Shown: piece by piece, positions 47,256-57,454 of the stretch
Position numbering within the stretch: position 1 is the first letter of the stretch
Layout of the letters: each line of letters opens with the position of its first letter
Assembly (NCBI GenBank): GCA_964586685.1
Contig: CAZPGR010000006.1
Coordinates: 9,391 to 73,390 of the forward strand
Reading direction: 5' to 3'
DNA from: an uncultured Nitrosopumilaceae archaeon
GTDB taxonomy: Archaea > Thermoproteota > Nitrososphaeria > Nitrososphaerales > Nitrosopumilaceae
DNA: 64,000 nucleotides
Translations under genes and position numbers: made by a program
Notes under the pieces: generated by a model
What the model was told of the DNA's origin: nothing
The model's database searches: none
What the model saw: the letters and a program-made list of their open reading frames with translations, nothing else

Positions 47256-48359
47256 CTAACCGAATAAACTTATCGAACCCAAATTGTGAAACGTAGTAGA
47301 AATGATCAAAAGTATTGGCATCAGTGCTATGATGATATACGGAAACGTAATTCCTAATGCAGAGGTGATATACAAACTTGGATTGGCTTTAGGTATGCCC
47401 GTTCTAAGTACTGCGGGAGCTGCGATAAAAGATGCACTTGCAAAAAGTACTCCAAACATTACTGCTCCGCCAATGCTAAGACCAAGGTAGTTTGCGATTA
47501 TCACTCCTATTGTACCGTTTAATGTTGGAATCAAAATTGCAAATGCAATCAAAAACGGTCCTACTTTTCTGATGTCGTTTAATCTCTGTCCTGCAAGTAG
47601 TCCCATTTCAAGTATGAATATCACCAGTGCACCAAAGAAAAGATCCTCAAAGACGGGTTTTATGGACACGAATCCATGTTCACCTATGATATACCCAATT
47701 ATGATGCAGCCAAGAAGGATAATGATAGCTTTTCCAGTTATGGTTTCATGCAGAATTTCTTTTAGGTTTACAGTCCTGTTTTTTGTATCGGCTTCAATAT
47801 TTGATCCATCGTTGGTGTCAGAAGAAATCTCTGATTTGGTTTCATGTTCCGGGATTTTGACAAATGATTCTTTTCTCTTTTTTAATTCCTTTTCAACTGT
47901 CATGTTGACAAGGAATATTGAGAATACCAAGCTCATGGGCTCAAGTACTGCAAGTATTGCGGTGATGTAACCTTCTGAGGTTATGTTTTGATCTCTGAGA
48001 AATGACAACCCTACTGAAAATGTTACAGCACCAACAGAGCCGTATGTGGATGCAAGTGCGTATGAATCAAATATGTTGAACTTGCCAAGCCTTCGTAAAA
48101 TTTGATAATGGTTCAAGGTCATCACAAGTGCAAGACCCACAGCTACTGCTATTGGAATAGCAATCTGCTCAAGACCCCCCCTTCTCATCTCTATTCCCCC
48201 ATGCAGACCTATTGCTGCAAGTAGGTAAATCGGTAGGAAAGATGATAGTTGGTCAGGTATTCTAAGATCTGACTTTATGCGTGAAGATATTACTCCTAAT
48301 ACAAAGAACAACACAATAGGAGTCAAAAGATTAGCTTGTACTATTTCCATAATATCCAT
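47256..48359 (-). CDS. sbtA: sodium-dependent bicarbonate transporter SbtA
   Basis: KSDL..P, YLL.AIG.HGG, YGSV.AVTF, ASASFIAAPA, LGITFP. Confidence 0.92.
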   Translation of the reverse strand: MDIMEIVQANLLTPIVLFFVLGVISSRIKSDLRIPDQLSSFLPIYLLAAIGLHGGIEMRRGGLEQIAIPIAVAVGLALVMTLNHYQILRRLGKFNIFDSYALASTYGSVGAVTFSVGLSFLRDQNITSEGYITAILAVLEPMSLVFSIFLVNMTVEKELKKRKESFVKIPEHETKSEISSDTNDGSNIEADTKNRTVNLKEILHETITGKAIIILLGCIIIGYIIGEHGFVSIKPVFEDLFFGALVIFILEMGLLAGQRLNDIRKVGPFLIAFAILIPTLNGTIGVIIANYLGLSIGGAVMFGVLFASASFIAAPAVLRTGIPKANPSLYITSALGITFPYIIIALMPILLIISTTFHNLGSISLFG

Positions 48360-48530
48360 TGAAAAATCACCCTATCGTGAAAAAGTTACACTATTACAGT
48401 TAAACTGTATGTTATCTGGGATGATTCCAAGTTTCATTATATGTTTTTGTCAGTCGAAGTTAATATTAAGTTACTGAGTAACAGATAATCAATTGCTAGA
48501 AATATTTCGAATTCATAATTTGAAAAAAAA

Positions 48531-48980
48531 TTACTTTAGAATATTTATGGTGACAGATTTTTGCAACACATCTCCAGAATCAGAAGACGCACTTGAGATT
48601 ATTTTATATCTCCCTTGGTATGTTTTGCTTCCGTCAGATTTTATTTGATCCCAGACAAAGTCTTTCTCTTCTTTTGGTTCAAGCTTGGAAACCACCTTTG
48701 CAGACACTGGAGCATATATCACGGTACCATCAAGCTGTGCAATTTTCAGACCATATGACGAATCCGCAAATGTTAGTGGTACTATTCCAGAATTTATTAT
48801 TCTGATATGGACTGGCTCTTCAGTGTGATAGTTGATTTTTTCAGGAATTATGGTAAGTGATGGCCCATTTGTATACACAAGTGTAGGAATTTGGTTTGCA
48901 ACCTGTGAGAGATAAAACCCTAGAAGTCCGGCAGCGACAAGCCCCACTATGAAAAAAATTGCTGCACCTTTTGGAATCAA
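48531..48980 (-). CDS. membrane-anchored Ig-like hypothetical protein
   Basis: N-terminal TM helix; L.P.E.....WDQ...G.....G.Y pattern. Confidence 0.7.
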   Translation of the reverse strand: MIPKGAAIFFIVGLVAAGLLGFYLSQVANQIPTLVYTNGPSLTIIPEKINYHTEEPVHIRIINSGIVPLTFADSSYGLKIAQLDGTVIYAPVSAKVVSKLEPKEEKDFVWDQIKSDGSKTYQGRYKIISSASSDSGDVLQKSVTINILK

Positions 48981-49006
48981 CTTGGAAAATTTGATTTTGT
49001 TCCTTT

Positions 49007-50005
49007 TTAATTGTTAACTACGGGCTTTGATCTCCAGCTTTTCGGATATGTATTTGGGGCCATAATGATTCTCTTAATCTTAAAGGCAAAGCCCTTGGTA
49101 TTTTCAGCAATCTCATCTTCATTTAAGATTGCCTCTGCAAGTGCCACCACCTCACCTTTTTGTGTATAGATGGCAACAAAGTCACCGCGCTTGAGCCCAT
49201 GCGAGATTTCAAGAATTCCAGGTATTGCAAGCTGAGCCCCATGGCATAGTGCATCAACTGCTGAGTCCCGTATTACAACTGACTTTATCTCACTTAGTGT
49301 CACTTCAATTGGCATCATTATTTTTCGTAGTTTTGTGTCATCACCATTTTCTTTCCACATGGCATATGCGTCAACTAGGTCATGCATCTTCACTAGATTG
49401 GAATCTTCATTAAAGTGCCCCACCCTAGTTCGTCTAAGTTCGATCATTGTTGCACCTTCACTGAGAATCTCTCCCATGTCATAGAAAATTTTTCTCACAT
49501 AGGTTCCTGCTTCGCACAAAATTCTAAGAAGCAACAATCTTTCTTTTTGCTCAATGACTTCGATTTCATAAACATGCCTGATTCTAGTTTGCCTGGATAC
49601 TGCAGATCTTTGTGGAGGTTTTTGGAATATTTTTCCCGTTAGTTGCTTTAGAACATCTGTCAGTTTTTCTTGTGGAGGAAGTGCATGCAACCTTCCAAGT
49701 GCGTGATATTCTTTTGGTCCAAGTAGTAATACAATTAGTGCCTTTGTTGCTTCTCCCAGGCCTATTGGTAAGAGTCCAGAGACTTGAGGATCAAGTGTAC
49801 CACTGTGACCTGCCTTTGGGACATGCAATATTTTTTTCACCCAGGATACGGTTTCATGGCTTGTAGGACCGTTTGGCTTGTCCAGCAAGATAAAGCCATA
49901 TTCTAAGAGTTGTTCAATTGAGCGCTTGTCATAGTATGTACCGTAGACATCGTTTGTGATGTCTTGGTCGATTACTCTAAGATTTTGTAATTGTTTGAGA
50001 GTCAT
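49007..50005 (-). CDS. cbf5: H/ACA pseudouridine synthase Cbf5
   Basis: DKP.GPTSH, GHSGTLDP, CEAGTY and a PUA domain. Confidence 0.96.
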   Translation of the reverse strand: MTLKQLQNLRVIDQDITNDVYGTYYDKRSIEQLLEYGFILLDKPNGPTSHETVSWVKKILHVPKAGHSGTLDPQVSGLLPIGLGEATKALIVLLLGPKEYHALGRLHALPPQEKLTDVLKQLTGKIFQKPPQRSAVSRQTRIRHVYEIEVIEQKERLLLLRILCEAGTYVRKIFYDMGEILSEGATMIELRRTRVGHFNEDSNLVKMHDLVDAYAMWKENGDDTKLRKIMMPIEVTLSEIKSVVIRDSAVDALCHGAQLAIPGILEISHGLKRGDFVAIYTQKGEVVALAEAILNEDEIAENTKGFAFKIKRIIMAPNTYPKSWRSKPVVNN

Positions 50006-50561
50006 AGTATTTTTTCACCGCATTTTTTGCCTGTTCAAGTACTTGGTCAGGCCCAAGATCATCTGTGTCAATTATAGCATTGAACACAGACAAATCATCG
50101 CCAAAATTAAAACCGTAAAGCTTGTGGTATAACGTTTTATTTTCATCATATCTTTTTTTGACTATCTCAAGTGCGTCTTTGATGGAAATGTCATCTCTCA
50201 TGGTCATCCTTTTTGCACTGTTTTCATGCGAGCCTGCAAGCCATATTTTTATTCCATCTTTTACTAGCCAGGGCAACGTATAGCTTGTTATGATTACGTC
50301 CTCAGTCAGAAATATTTTTCCTAGTTTTTGATCAACTTGCTTGTCAAATTCAGGATTTACTTTACGGATGTTAAGAAAGCTCATTCCTTCCTTGGTATCC
50401 CAAAAATCATCTCTGTCAGTTTCAAATCCTTGATCTTGGGCCATCTCTTTTAGTACGTCACCACCACTGAGATATTTTAGACCAAATTCTTCTGCCAGTC
50501 CTTTTGCTATCGTAGTCTTTCCAATGGCTGGCGGACCAGAAATTATTACTGAGCGAAGCAA
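49977..50561 (-). CDS. cmk: cytidylate kinase
   Basis: ISGPPAIGKTT, SGG; conserved position next to cbf5. Confidence 0.9.
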   Translation of the reverse strand: MLRSVIISGPPAIGKTTIAKGLAEEFGLKYLSGGDVLKEMAQDQGFETDRDDFWDTKEGMSFLNIRKVNPEFDKQVDQKLGKIFLTEDVIITSYTLPWLVKDGIKIWLAGSHENSAKRMTMRDDISIKDALEIVKKRYDENKTLYHKLYGFNFGDDLSVFNAIIDTDDLGPDQVLEQAKNAVKKYYDSQTITKS

Positions 50562-50562
50562 T

Positions 50563-51180
50563 TTAGCTTGTATCCATTGTAGTTTTTGTGACTCTCATTA
50601 TGATACCACTAAAGGCAGCAGAAGAAAGGAAGTACCATGCCCAGAAATATAATTCGTTTACATGGTGACATATTTGCGGTTGCGATGCAACTTTTGCTGC
50701 AGTACATGTCAATTCAAAGAATCCTCCAGGGATAAAGTTCAGAGAGATTGGTGCAATGGCAACCGTATAAGAAAACAGCGGAGGAAGTACGAAATAGAAT
50801 ACCAAAATCAATGGAAGAAATGTTATCATCATGGGTCTCATGTTCATCTGCATTACCTCCATGTTCATCTTGTTCATGTATGCAGATTTTTTATTGAGCT
50901 CATCAGTCTTGGCTTGGTCTTTTGACTTGAAGGCAGCCATCCTTTCCTTTTGCCAGGCTCGAGTCTCTTTGAGTAGCCTCTTTAGTTTTTCCTGGTCAAC
51001 CATTTTTCGTTTTATAAGTGCGTTGAGCAGGTTAAGGCCTACAGATATGCTCATTATACCAAAGGCAGAAGGAATCATTCCCTTTACTATTGGATTTGCA
51101 CTTCCCAGTGGGCCCTTGCTCAGGCCAGGTATCTGAAGCGCTATTGCATTTAGAAAATTGAAAATTATACTATGTTCCAT
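50563..51180 (-). CDS. EMC3/TMCO1 (DUF106, Oxa1 superfamily) membrane protein
   Basis: TM-coiled coil-TM layout, MRPM..T..P, WYFLSS; between adk and cmk. Confidence 0.88.
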   Translation of the reverse strand: MEHSIIFNFLNAIALQIPGLSKGPLGSANPIVKGMIPSAFGIMSISVGLNLLNALIKRKMVDQEKLKRLLKETRAWQKERMAAFKSKDQAKTDELNKKSAYMNKMNMEVMQMNMRPMMITFLPLILVFYFVLPPLFSYTVAIAPISLNFIPGGFFELTCTAAKVASQPQICHHVNELYFWAWYFLSSAAFSGIIMRVTKTTMDTS

Positions 51181-51760
51181 TGTTATACCCCATTGCATTT
51201 AGAATGCCTCGTGCCGCCTCATCAACCTTACCTTCAGTGTTAAGAACCATCTTGATTGGAGAGCCACAAAGTATTGAACAGGTAGAAAGCATTGCGCTTG
51301 TCACATCAAGTTCTTTTTTTATTGCATCAATTGATACAATGTCGCGAGTTCTTGTAGTGTCAGTCATTCTACGGTTATAGATCTCTTCAGGTCGTGCAGT
51401 AATCATAATAAAACTATCAGGGTTGAGGATTTCCAAGACATTGTGTGGCAGCCCGGGGTAAAAGCCCTCCTTTGTTGAAATGAATGCATGGGTATCCACA
51501 ATTATCACGTCATCGTCGATTGATGCGATTGTTTTTGCAGCCATGGATTGCAGTTCCTTTTGTTGCTTGACTGAGAGTTTTCTTAGGTCATCCCTGTTTT
51601 GCACTCCCTTCTTTTTTGCTTCATCAAACATTACGGTACCAAATATTGATACGCTTACTCGAATGTTTTTTTCTTTTAGTAATTCTACGACTCGTGAGAC
51701 CACAGTAGTTTTTCCAACACCTGGGATTCCCACAATTATGATGCGCTTACTTTCTGCCAA
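51170..51760 (-). CDS. adkA: adenylate kinase (archaeal type)
   Basis: GIPGVGKTT, RDDLRKL, DTH...GFYPGLP; start uncertain (51760 or 51769). Confidence 0.95.
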   Translation of the reverse strand: MAESKRIIIVGIPGVGKTTVVSRVVELLKEKNIRVSVSIFGTVMFDEAKKKGVQNRDDLRKLSVKQQKELQSMAAKTIASIDDDVIIVDTHAFISTKEGFYPGLPHNVLEILNPDSFIMITARPEEIYNRRMTDTTRTRDIVSIDAIKKELDVTSAMLSTCSILCGSPIKMVLNTEGKVDEAARGILNAMGYNNGT

Positions 51761-53186
51761 GCAATGCACCCAGGGTAGGCATTACTTCTTCGACTCGTTC
51801 TCGAACAAGTAAATTGTAATAGTTAATCAAGATATCAACTGTCAACAACATTCCTGTCCCTGATCCAAATGTTCCCAGTACATCAGATGTACCGGCTAAC
51901 AATCCTAGTATGATAGAGCCAATGATTGTAACAGACGGAATGTATTTTTGAAGTAAGTTTTCTACAGGTTGATTTGAACGTCTGAAACCAGGTATCTGCA
52001 CTTCGGCATCAAGCAAGTTTTTGGCTGCACTCTTTGCAGACAAACCTCCAAGCTCAATCCACAATCTACCAAACAAGACTACGATTCCCACCATGAATAA
52101 GATGTACAGAACTGCCCTGGTCGGGTCTAGTGCAACAATGTCAAGACCACGCGGTGCTGTGACATAGTACAGTATACCTCCAGTTGGAGTGGATGGTGAG
52201 GTTGGATCAAACATTCCCAAGAAATTCATAAACGGATTTGCGTTTCGCGGGTTAAAGTTGGCCCACATGATTTGACCGACAAACACCGCATTTGCAGTGA
52301 GTGCAGAAGCCAAGATTACTGGAATGTTGGATACGTACATCAACTTGATTGGGTATACTGCAGAGAATCCTCTGTATTTTGTTGATACGATTGGTATCTC
52401 CACCTTGATTCCTTGAGTATAGACTAGAATCAGCAAGACTCCAGCCGTTATGAATAGACCAAATATGCCAGGCAGTTGGTTAGACCGGAAGAAGAGATTA
52501 GTGAAATCATGATTTATGAAACCGTGTATGATATTTGCAAATACACCTACTGGACCTCCATCACCTGCTGGGATTGGGCTGAATAAACTCCAAATTACTT
52601 GTTGGGCCACACCTGCTGCGATAAACAAACTGATTCCACTTCCAAGTCCCCATCCCTTTTGTACCAATTCATCAAGTAGCATGATGATTACTGATGCGCC
52701 GATTAGTTGTCCTATCAAAATGAATATTGCTTCATGATTTGGCATCCTAGGGCCATAAACTGCCATTCCGTACAATGAGGATTCTGCAATGATTACGATG
52801 TAGGTTACAATCTTGGTTGCTGTTTGGTATAGCTCTCTGTCCTCTGGCTTTTTAAAATCAAGATGAAAAATCTCAGAACCTTTCAAGAGCTGCATCAAAA
52901 GTCCAGCAGTAACTATCGGTCCTATACCAAGTTCAATCAGGGTACCTTGTTGTGATGCAAAAATTACTCTGGCAAATGCAAGAAAATCAAAAGATGGTGT
53001 TGATGCTCCATAAAGAGGAGTCTGACCCATAATCATGTAAATGAATAGTGCAATTCCACACCACATCAAACGGACTTGGAGTGGGATTTTCTTTTTCGGT
53101 TTTGGTACTTGAGGAATATAGACTTCAGCTTTAGAAATGATAGTTTTTAGAAAACCGGCAGAGGCTGTACCTTCTTCTGCTGTCAC
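51747..53186 (-). CDS. secY: protein translocase subunit SecY
   Basis: LGIGPIVTAG, GLGSGISLFI, YVSNIPVI, IPGFR, GTGMLL. Confidence 0.98.
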   Translation of the reverse strand: MTAEEGTASAGFLKTIISKAEVYIPQVPKPKKKIPLQVRLMWCGIALFIYMIMGQTPLYGASTPSFDFLAFARVIFASQQGTLIELGIGPIVTAGLLMQLLKGSEIFHLDFKKPEDRELYQTATKIVTYIVIIAESSLYGMAVYGPRMPNHEAIFILIGQLIGASVIIMLLDELVQKGWGLGSGISLFIAAGVAQQVIWSLFSPIPAGDGGPVGVFANIIHGFINHDFTNLFFRSNQLPGIFGLFITAGVLLILVYTQGIKVEIPIVSTKYRGFSAVYPIKLMYVSNIPVILASALTANAVFVGQIMWANFNPRNANPFMNFLGMFDPTSPSTPTGGILYYVTAPRGLDIVALDPTRAVLYILFMVGIVVLFGRLWIELGGLSAKSAAKNLLDAEVQIPGFRRSNQPVENLLQKYIPSVTIIGSIILGLLAGTSDVLGTFGSGTGMLLTVDILINYYNLLVRERVEEVMPTLGALLGRK

Positions 53187-53605
53187 GCTACTGCTTGCAC
53201 CTCTCCACCAGATTGTTTTATTTTTTCTTCGGCGGAAGCAGAGAATTTTTCCACCTTAACAACATAAGCATTTTCGGTCTGTCCTCCCCCTAACAGCTTG
53301 TCATAGCCCAGTTCAGTAAGGTCTATCAGCTTTTTTCCACCTTCTTGTTTTCCGTGTTTAGCGTAGATATCATCCAAGTCTCTCACACTGGCCCATTTAC
53401 GGACAAGATTTGGATGTGGCGGATGAGTAGAATCATGACCAAAGTGTTTTGGATCAGTCATTAGCATTCTTATGAAATGATGTTTGTGCAAACCAGATTG
53501 ACCAAGTCCTCCTTTATGGCCACTTGCTCTGTGTTGGCCTATTTGTCCCCAACCACAGTGTCTGCTTCCTCGATATTTTCTTGTCTTTCTTGCGCGTGTT
53601 GGCAT
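53183..53605 (-). CDS. rpl15: 50S ribosomal protein uL15
   Basis: RGSR.CGWG...HR..G..GG; KLLG.G. Confidence 0.95.
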   Translation of the reverse strand: MPTRARKTRKYRGSRHCGWGQIGQHRASGHKGGLGQSGLHKHHFIRMLMTDPKHFGHDSTHPPHPNLVRKWASVRDLDDIYAKHGKQEGGKKLIDLTELGYDKLLGGGQTENAYVVKVEKFSASAEEKIKQSGGEVQAVA

Positions 53606-53606
53606 A

Positions 53607-54086
53607 TTACATCATTAACCTCACTTGTGCTAAGAGTTCTTTGTGACTGCCAAGGATTCCTCCCTCTCCATACATCTTCTTTGTATTTCGTTTGAATCCA
53701 TGTTTTGGTGGAGACAGAGCAAACCAAGGCTTGAGCGGTTTTAATTTAGATAATGTGGCAGTTCCTTCTGCAAGTGATTTTGCAAGCTCATCAGTGCTTT
53801 TGAATCCTAGTTTGGTTACATCTTCTGTAGTAATTTTTTGGTAACCACCCTTGCGTGCCTTTTTCTCCAATAGCTCTTTTGCAGTGGAGACATCAATCTC
53901 TTGCCAGGATACATAGTGTTTAATTTTATCAAGCATTCCTTTTGTGTTATCTTTTTCTGGAATGATAGTAGCTCGGAATCTTTTGTCTAGATGTAAAAGA
54001 TCCATTGTAGTGTCAGCCCAATATGGAACGTTGACGGTTCCCTTCATTCTAACTATTAAGAAAGCTTTACCCATTTTTTCATTCAA
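53607..54086 (-). CDS. rpl30: 50S ribosomal protein uL30
   Basis: VRMKG.V, F.LSPP..GF; operon context; start may be 54074. Confidence 0.93.
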   Translation of the reverse strand: MNEKMGKAFLIVRMKGTVNVPYWADTTMDLLHLDKRFRATIIPEKDNTKGMLDKIKHYVSWQEIDVSTAKELLEKKARKGGYQKITTEDVTKLGFKSTDELAKSLAEGTATLSKLKPLKPWFALSPPKHGFKRNTKKMYGEGGILGSHKELLAQVRLMM

Positions 54087-54718
54087 CCCTGACTAAATGT
54101 TTGTCTCAAACAGTCCAAGACAGCTCGTGATGTAGATGTCATGGTATTTGTGGAACCTGTACTTTTTGTCCATGCATCCTTTAGACCTGCTAATTTTAGG
54201 AGATTTCTGATATTTCCACCAGCGACAAGACCAAGACCTCTTGGGCCCGGAATAACTTCAACGGTTACACTTCCACCTCTTCCTCTGATTTTGAATGGGA
54301 CAGAGTGTGGTTGTTCACATCTGCATTCCCAACTGCCACATCCAAGTTTTACTGGACTGACATTAAGATAAGCTTGATTTGTTGCCTTTTCAATTGCAAT
54401 TCTCATTTGTTTTGATTTTCCTTGTCCAATTCCTAACCAACCATTTTCGTCTCCTGCTGCAACTAGTGCTTTGAATCTAGTATATTCACCGTTGGTTGTT
54501 TGTTTTTGGACAATTCCAACATCTATTACTTCAGTTTTAATTCCAGGCAATAATTTTTTGATAATTCCAGCTTCTTGAATTCGATAACCATTTTCGTAAA
54601 TTTCTTTCATTGATGTAATCTTATCAGTTGCCACTAGAGTTCCAAGCTTTGTTCTTGGTGTCCATACTTGTTCTGGTTCCCTTCGTGGTGGTCTTGATCT
54701 TTGTTCTGTTCTACTCAT
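54083..54718 (-). CDS. rps5: 30S ribosomal protein uS5
   Basis: WTPRTKLG, GCGSWEC.C..PHS, PRGLG. Confidence 0.96.
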   Translation of the reverse strand: MSRTEQRSRPPRREPEQVWTPRTKLGTLVATDKITSMKEIYENGYRIQEAGIIKKLLPGIKTEVIDVGIVQKQTTNGEYTRFKALVAAGDENGWLGIGQGKSKQMRIAIEKATNQAYLNVSPVKLGCGSWECRCEQPHSVPFKIRGRGGSVTVEVIPGPRGLGLVAGGNIRNLLKLAGLKDAWTKSTGSTNTMTSTSRAVLDCLRQTFSQG

Positions 54719-55203
54719 TTGGATTTAACCTCACTGTCTATTGCAGATTTTACTTTGTTTATTTCATTTGCAACTTTGAGATGCTTGCCACTGATCCTCT
54801 CTTCAGATGGAAAAGTTTCTGCGTCTGCTGGTACCTCTAGACCTGCATCTATTATTCCTTTCAATGCTGCTGCAATTCGTTGAGTATATTTTCTTGTGCC
54901 GGTGTAAAGTACTGCAGCCTTTGTTCCACTTGCAAGTGCCTTCTTTCCTGCAAGATAACCGGTAAGATATGCTGCAGGTATGCTTTTTCTTGATCCCTTC
55001 CAGCCCTTATTTAGAAGCGATCTAGAGTGAGCAGATGAAAGAACCTTGTCGCCTTCCATTTCAGGCTTGTGGATCTGCACTAGAGTATTTTCATTAGATA
55101 TCTGAACTGTGATAAAGTTACGCCTACCCATAAGAAGATGTCTTCTCTTCTTGTAGTTGGTCTTCTCGTCTCGAGATCTGCGTAATATTTGTGAATATGC
55201 CAT
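54715..55203 (-). CDS. rpl18: 50S ribosomal protein uL18
   Basis: KTNY.KR, PAAYLTG, RI.G.HL. Confidence 0.95.
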   Translation of the reverse strand: MAYSQILRRSRDEKTNYKKRRHLLMGRRNFITVQISNENTLVQIHKPEMEGDKVLSSAHSRSLLNKGWKGSRKSIPAAYLTGYLAGKKALASGTKAAVLYTGTRKYTQRIAAALKGIIDAGLEVPADAETFPSEERISGKHLKVANEINKVKSAIDSEVKSK

Positions 55204-55251
55204 ATGTACTAAGCCTATTTACAAAAAATTTTGGTGAAGCTCTTATAAACG

Positions 55252-56166
55252 TTAGACTCGGAGCAATGAAGCCATCAGTGCCTTTTGTGCATGAAGTCTA
55301 TTTTCTGCCTCGTCCCAAATTACTGATTGTGGACCATCTATGACTTCACTTGTAACTTCTTGACCCCTTTTTGCAGGAAGACAATGCAAGAAGATTGCAT
55401 CATGATTTGCTTTTTTCATCAAATTAGAGTTTACTTGGAAATGCGGTAGGAAATCTTTTGTCCGATCGGTTACCTGATGATGAATTGATACAAACGTATC
55501 AGTTACTACTACATCTGCATCCTTTACTGCCATCACGGGATCATTTAGTAATTGAATGTCTATGAATTTTTTTGATTCTTTTACTACAGCAGGATTTGGT
55601 TCGTATCCCTTGGGTGTTGCAATGCTAATATCAATAGATGTCTTGACACATCCATAAATCATAGAGTTGCACACATTATTTCCATCTCCAATCCATGCAA
55701 TTTTTAGCCCATCAAGTTTTTTCTTTTTCTCTTTTATTGTCATAAGATCTGCCAGTATTTGACAAGGGTGAAAAGAATCAGACAAGCCATTTATCACAGG
55801 TATTGTGGAATTTTTTGCCAAAATTTCTACTTCATCATGTGAGTACACTCGAGCCATGATCACGTCTACATATCTTGAGAGTGTCTTTGCAGTATCTTCT
55901 ATTGTTTCTCCTCGTTTTAGTTGTAGATCATCTGCAGATAAATTCAGTGCATGTCCGCCCAATTGGAACATACCAGTTTCAAAGCTAACTCGTGTACGAG
56001 TCGAAGGTTTCTGGAATATCATGGCCAGTGTTTTATTTTTTAAAAGCGGTTTTGAAATTCCTTTTTTAAGATCTTTTTTTAGTTTAATGGCATCATTGAT
56101 TATTCCAAGCAATTCATTTTTGCTCAACTCGTTTAGTGTGAGTAGATCTTTAGTTTTCACTTTCAT
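55252..56166 (-). CDS. argF: ornithine carbamoyltransferase
   Basis: [22 protein letters not shown]; start overlaps the ftsY stop (ATGA). Confidence 0.95.
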   Translation of the reverse strand: MKVKTKDLLTLNELSKNELLGIINDAIKLKKDLKKGISKPLLKNKTLAMIFQKPSTRTRVSFETGMFQLGGHALNLSADDLQLKRGETIEDTAKTLSRYVDVIMARVYSHDEVEILAKNSTIPVINGLSDSFHPCQILADLMTIKEKKKKLDGLKIAWIGDGNNVCNSMIYGCVKTSIDISIATPKGYEPNPAVVKESKKFIDIQLLNDPVMAVKDADVVVTDTFVSIHHQVTDRTKDFLPHFQVNSNLMKKANHDAIFLHCLPAKRGQEVTSEVIDGPQSVIWDEAENRLHAQKALMASLLRV

Positions 56167-57443
56167 TTCTTCATCCATCCAAACAATGAACGTTTCTTTG
56201 TAGGCTTTTCATCTTTTTGTTCTCCTACTTCAGTTTTTATTTCAACTTTAGGTTCGGGTTTTGAATCACCTTTCTTAGTTTTTGGTCGCCCTTCAGCAAT
56301 CCATTTTCTAATATCAGATGCAAGTTTTCTTGCCTGACTGTCGTTTTCTGGAGGTGGTACATCAAAAATGTCAGAATACTTTTCTATATCCTTTGTAGAA
56401 ATTCCAGCAAATGGATCTTCTTCAGATATTTCTTGTGCAGATTCGTGTTTTAGTTCAACTTTAGGTTCTGGTTTTAGTTCAACTTTAGGTTCTGGTTTTA
56501 GTTCTGCCACTTTTTTCTTGACCTCTTCAACAACTTCCTGAGGACCAAAAAGAGTTTCCAAGAACACGTCTTTATCAAATAATTTCAAGTCCTTGTACTC
56601 TTGCCCAACACCCAAGTAAAGAATTGGACTTGATGTCACCTTTACAATGGATATGGCAGCACCGCCACGCGCATCTGCATCACTTTTTGTAAGTATGGCG
56701 CCATCAAATTTTGTATAATTGTAAAACTCCCTTGCCTGGCTTACAGTGTCATTGCCTGCCAATGAATCTCCTACAAACAACTTTAGATCCGGATTTACTA
56801 CTTTGTTGATTTTAGATATCTGGTCCATCAAATTTTTGCTTGTCTGCATTCTTCCTGCAGTATCAATTAGGATACAATCTATCTTGTGTGACTTTGCATA
56901 AAGCACTGCATCTCGGGATACGGCAGCAGGGTCTGAGCCATAATTTTGTGCAATGACTTTGACATTGAGTCTTTTTCCATGCTCGCTTATCTGTTCTATT
57001 GCACCTGCCCTATAGGTATCAGCCGCTGCAATGACAACTGAATATTTATTTTCCCGCAAGAAATTTGCGACTTTTGCTATGGTGGTTGTCTTTCCGGTAC
57101 CGTTAATGCCCATAAATGATATAATGTAAGGTTCATTCTTTTCCTTCTTTTTTTGAATGTTGGATAAAATATCCACATGCCCTGCTTTATCAAACATGTT
57201 TGAGATGCTTGTTCGCAATTCCTGTTTTACTACTTCTGCAATCTTGTCCTTGTTTACAGTAGAGCCAACTAGTTGTTTTTTGAGGTCCTCTTTTAGGGAA
57301 TCAATGACTTCGGTTGCAACATCAGATTCAAGCAATGCAACCTCAAGCTCAAACAATACCTCATCGACATCTTTCTCTTTTAGTTCCTTTTCTCCAAAAC
57401 TTTTAGCCGCTACAGAAAATGCATTTCGTAGTTTCTCAAACAT
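56163..57443 (-). CDS. ftsY: signal recognition particle receptor FtsY
   Basis: GINGTGKTT, DTYRAGA, DTAGR, TKSD, GVGQ. Confidence 0.96.
   Translation of the reverse strand: MFEKLRNAFSVAAKSFGEKELKEKDVDEVLFELEVALLESDVATEVIDSLKEDLKKQLVGSTVNKDKIAEVVKQELRTSISNMFDKAGHVDILSNIQKKKEKNEPYIISFMGINGTGKTTTIAKVANFLRENKYSVVIAAADTYRAGAIEQISEHGKRLNVKVIAQNYGSDPAAVSRDAVLYAKSHKIDCILIDTAGRMQTSKNLMDQISKINKVVNPDLKLFVGDSLAGNDTVSQAREFYNYTKFDGAILTKSDADARGGAAISIVKVTSSPILYLGVGQEYKDLKLFDKDVFLETLFGPQEVVEEVKKKVAELKPEPKVELKPEPKVELKHESAQEISEEDPFAGISTKDIEKYSDIFDVPPPENDSQARKLASDIRKWIAEGRPKTKKGDSKPEPKVEIKTEVGEQKDEKPTKKRSLFGWMKK
56448..56504. repeat. 24-bp tandem repeat in ftsY (about 2.4 copies, encoding PEPKVELK)
   Basis: TTTTAGTTCAACTTTAGGTTCTGG twice plus a partial copy; diverged copy near 56236-56262. 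Confidence 0.9.
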
Positions 57444-57454
57444 AGTATACTGCC

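Noticed and set aside
43257..48480. Intact integrative element at tRNA-Ser
   Set aside because: I found no integrase, transposase or duplicated tRNA end, so only accessory gene content supports it
56448..56504. 24-bp repeats as a possible CRISPR array
   Set aside because: They are contiguous in-frame repeats without spacers inside ftsY, and there are no cas genes
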